Origin: Verrucomicrobiota bacterium
GTDB taxonomy: Bacteria; Verrucomicrobiota; Kiritimatiellia; UBA8416; SLMC01
Direction of reading: 5' to 3'
Assembly (NCBI GenBank): GCA_030018915.1
Contig: JASEHE010000004.1
Coordinates: 1-40,322 of the forward strand
Length of the DNA: 40,322 nt
A program made the position numbers and the translations under genes. The notes under the pieces are model-generated. The model ran no database searches. It saw nothing but the letters and a program-made list of their open reading frames with translations, and was not told the origin of the DNA. Shown one piece after another: positions 37,996 to 40,322 of this stretch (positions are counted from its first letter, which is position 1; each line of letters starts with the position of its first letter).

Positions 37996-39186
37996 TCACG
38001 GCGCGCGGCACATTTCCACGGCCAGGTCCCGGGAAAAGCGATCCGCCGCGAGGACCGTGTCCAGGTCCGGGCTCGGCGCGCGGCGATGCCGATCCATCAC
38101 TTTTCCCACGACTTCCCAGATTCCCGAGAAGGCGATCCGTCCTTCCAGGAATGCCCGCACGGCGACCTCGTTGGCGCCGTTGAGGACCGCCGGCATTGTC
38201 CCGCCGGCTTTCGCCGCTTCGCGGGCCAGCCGCAGGCACGGGAAACGCCTTTCGTCCGGACAAAAGAAGCGCAATCCCTTGATCCGCGTCAGGTCCAGAG
38301 GCGGCAGCCCTCCATCCAGTCGCTCAGGATACGTCAAAGCGTACTGGATGGCAAACCGCATATCCGGAACGCTGAGCTGGGCCAGAACGCTGCCGTCCAC
38401 GAACTCGACCATCGAGTGGAGGATGCTTTGGGGGTGAACGAGGATGTCTATCTTCCGGATCGGCACATCGAAGAGCCAGCGGGCCTCCATCATCTCCAGC
38501 CCCTTGTTCATCAACGTCGCGGAATCTACGCTGACTTTCCTGCCCATGTTCCAGTTGGGATGAGCCAGCGCCTGCGCAACCGTCACTCGATCAAACGCGA
38601 CGCGCTTCCGGAACGCGAACGGCCCCCCGGAAGCGGTGAGGATCAGCCGCCGGATGCCCCGGGCTTCCCTGCCTTCGCGATCAGGCTTATGATTCCCGTT
38701 CTCCACGGCGCCGGCCAGGCACTGAAAGATGGCGCTCTGCTCGCTGTCTATCGGCAAAAGCCGCCCACCGTACTTCCGGCACGCCAGTGCCACGAGGTGT
38801 CCCGCGACCACGAGCACTTCCTTGGTTGCCAGCGCCACGTCGCACCCGAGCCGCAGCGCGGCGAGCACCGGCCTCAGCCCGGCAGTGCCGACCACCGCGC
38901 ATACGACGACATCCGCCTCGTGGAGCGTCGCAAGCTGTTCGAGACCCTCTGTCCCGGCATGAACGCGGACGCCGCGCGGCGCCTGGCAGGCGCAGCGGCG
39001 CGCCCCGGCGGCGTCGGCCACGGCCACGTGTTTCACGCCCAACTGCCGCGCCTGTTCCAGAAGCCGGCGGTGGTTCCGGTGGGTCGCCAGGCCGACGATC
39101 TTGAACGCCGGCCGCAGCGCCCGCGCAACGCGAATCGTATTCTCGCCGATGGACCCCGTGCTGCCAAGAATAACGATCTTCTTCAT
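37996..39186 (-). CDS. dxr: 1-deoxy-D-xylulose-5-phosphate reductoisomerase
   Basis: ILGSTGSIG, ALATKE, PIDSE, LTASGGPF, HPNWNMG, DSATLMNKGLE and NGANEVAV. Start placed at MKKIVI. Confidence 0.97.
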   Translation of the reverse strand: MKKIVILGSTGSIGENTIRVARALRPAFKIVGLATHRNHRRLLEQARQLGVKHVAVADAAGARRCACQAPRGVRVHAGTEGLEQLATLHEADVVVCAVVGTAGLRPVLAALRLGCDVALATKEVLVVAGHLVALACRKYGGRLLPIDSEQSAIFQCLAGAVENGNHKPDREGREARGIRRLILTASGGPFAFRKRVAFDRVTVAQALAHPNWNMGRKVSVDSATLMNKGLEMMEARWLFDVPIRKIDILVHPQSILHSMVEFVDGSVLAQLSVPDMRFAIQYALTYPERLDGGLPPLDLTRIKGLRFFCPDERRFPCLRLAREAAKAGGTMPAVLNGANEVAVRAFLEGRIAFSGIWEVVGKVMDRHRRAPSPDLDTVLAADRFSRDLAVEMCRAP

Positions 39187-39207
39187 GTTTCGTCTTGAAC
39201 CATGCCT

Positions 39208-39236
39208 AGAATAAGACAATGATTTCCGGGTGTCTA
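39208..39236 (-). promoter_or_regulatory. Putative sigma70 promoter of dxr-rseP-ispG
   Basis: Minus strand TAGACA (39236-39231), 17 bp spacer, TATTCT (39213-39208). Confidence 0.55.
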
Positions 39237-39369
39237 CCTCCTTATCCTTGCCTTGATTTCCTTTACGGACCGCTTGGGGCTCGGTACTATTCTCCCAATC
39301 CCAATTTGGCGGCGTTCAGGGTTCAGGTCAATCGTGAACATTGCTCCCGTTGCGCGTTGCGAGGCAATC

Positions 39370-39678
39370 ATGAAAACAAACTACGACGTCATGGTTGCGG
39401 GACACCTGTGTCTGGACATCATCCCGCGCTTCACGGACACGGGCACTCGCCGTTTCGACGAGATTTTCAGGCCCGGCAAACTCGTTTTCATGCGCGGAGT
39501 CGCGATCGGCACTGGCGGGTCGGTTTCCAACACCGGCATCGTGCTGCAGCGGCTGGGCAACCGGGTATGTTTCAGCGCGCGGGTCGGCGACGACGACTTC
39601 GGAAGATTGACCGTTGAAGCGCTCAAGCGGCACGGCTGCGCCGATGGAGTTCGCGCCGTTGAAGGCGCTGACAGGTAA
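39370..39678 (+). pseudogene. PfkB-family carbohydrate kinase, truncated by an IS insertion
   Basis: VAGHLCLDI and GGSVSNTG..LQRLG...VGDDDFG are present. The protein ends after about 100 aa at a TAA supplied by the IS terminus GTAAC. Confidence 0.88.
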
Positions 39679-40269
39679 CTACTCAGCAGGCATCCCGCGG
39701 CGGGATGCCTGCTGAGGTAAAAGGGGCAAGCCCGCGCTGGAGTCATGGGTAAAGATCACGAGGTGTTGACTGCCGGCACGAAGGGGTTGCCGAGGAACAC
39801 ACGCTGCAACGCATCCAACGCGTTGAGTCCGTTTTTGCGGGCGGTGGAGACGTATCCGCGGATGCGACAGAAGTTCACGAGGGCCTCGAAGCTGCGGAAG
39901 GTGCCGGAGATTTTCTGCCGCAGCTTCATCATGCGCAGGTCCGTTTCCGACTGGTTGTTCGTGAATGGGATCGAGAAGTTCCGCATGAAGGCGAGGATGC
40001 CATCGGAGTGGTCGCGGAAGCGGTCAAGGAGGTTGCGGGCCTTGCTCTGCTTGCGGCGGCCCCGCCGTTTCGGGCCGTGTGCCGGAGCGACCGGGTTCTG
40101 CGCATAGCCCGCTTGCACGATGCGCTCGTAGCCCTTGAGGAACCGCTCCTGGTCTGACGGCGGCAGGGCGCTCAGGCCGGCGGCGCGGGCTGTGTCGACA
40201 GCGTTCTTGATGCCCAGCAACTGGTCGATCATGCCCTTGGCCCACCGTTGAGCCTGCTCCTCCCACAGA
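39675..40269 (-). mobile_element. IS66-family element, downstream end with 3' part of the transposase
   Basis: Terminus GTAACTACTCAG at 39675 coincides exactly with the pfkB truncation. The transposase C-terminus lies inside. Confidence 0.88.
39756..40269 (-). pseudogene. IS66-family DDE transposase, C-terminal portion, interrupted at 40270
   Basis: LWEEQAQRWAKGM...KQSKARNLLDR...PFTNNQSETDLRMMKLRQKISGTFRS...FCRIRGYVSTARKNG. The reading frame runs into a second IS terminus. Confidence 0.88.
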
Positions 40270-40322
40270 GTAACTACTCAGGTGCCCGCCCGCAGCGGGC
40301 GCGCACCTGAAGGAATTGGCCC
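40270..40322 (-). mobile_element. Terminus of a second, related IS66-like element nested in the first transposase (runs off the window)
   Basis: A second GTAACTACTCAG at 40270-40281 in the same orientation, followed by a different subterminal palindrome. Confidence 0.75.

Overview
GC-rich bacterial chromosomal window. The style of the large secreted protein suggests a PVC-superphylum anaerobe such as Kiritimatiellota, but this is inference only. In order, the window holds: a membrane-anchored hypothetical protein; a Kup K+ transporter broken by five apparent frameshifts; glutamine-dependent NAD+ synthetase with a translationally coupled 49-aa membrane peptide; and a malonate/methylmalonate-semialdehyde dehydrogenase plus class III aminotransferase pair. 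Next is a group 3b (sulfhydrogenase-type) [NiFe]-hydrogenase locus (hypB-F-C-D-E, CBS protein, beta-gamma-delta-alpha subunits, protease, hypA), split by a solitary 1285-aa type IIG-like restriction-modification gene. Then come a NuoF/HydB remnant, a 1678-aa modular surface protein (2x DUF2341-like, 2x LamG-like, Calx-beta-like, YYYRCY repeats, AT-rich N-terminal segment), tyrS with a QVGN instead of HIGH motif, rpsA with a long structured leader, a TMTC-like GT-C/TPR protein and dxr-rseP-ispG. At the right end a PfkB kinase is truncated by an IS66-family element, which is itself interrupted by a second related IS end. Both IS ends carry sequence-divergent but identically positioned subterminal palindromes. 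No rRNA, tRNA or CRISPR array was seen. All family calls come from motif recognition by eye, not from database searches.
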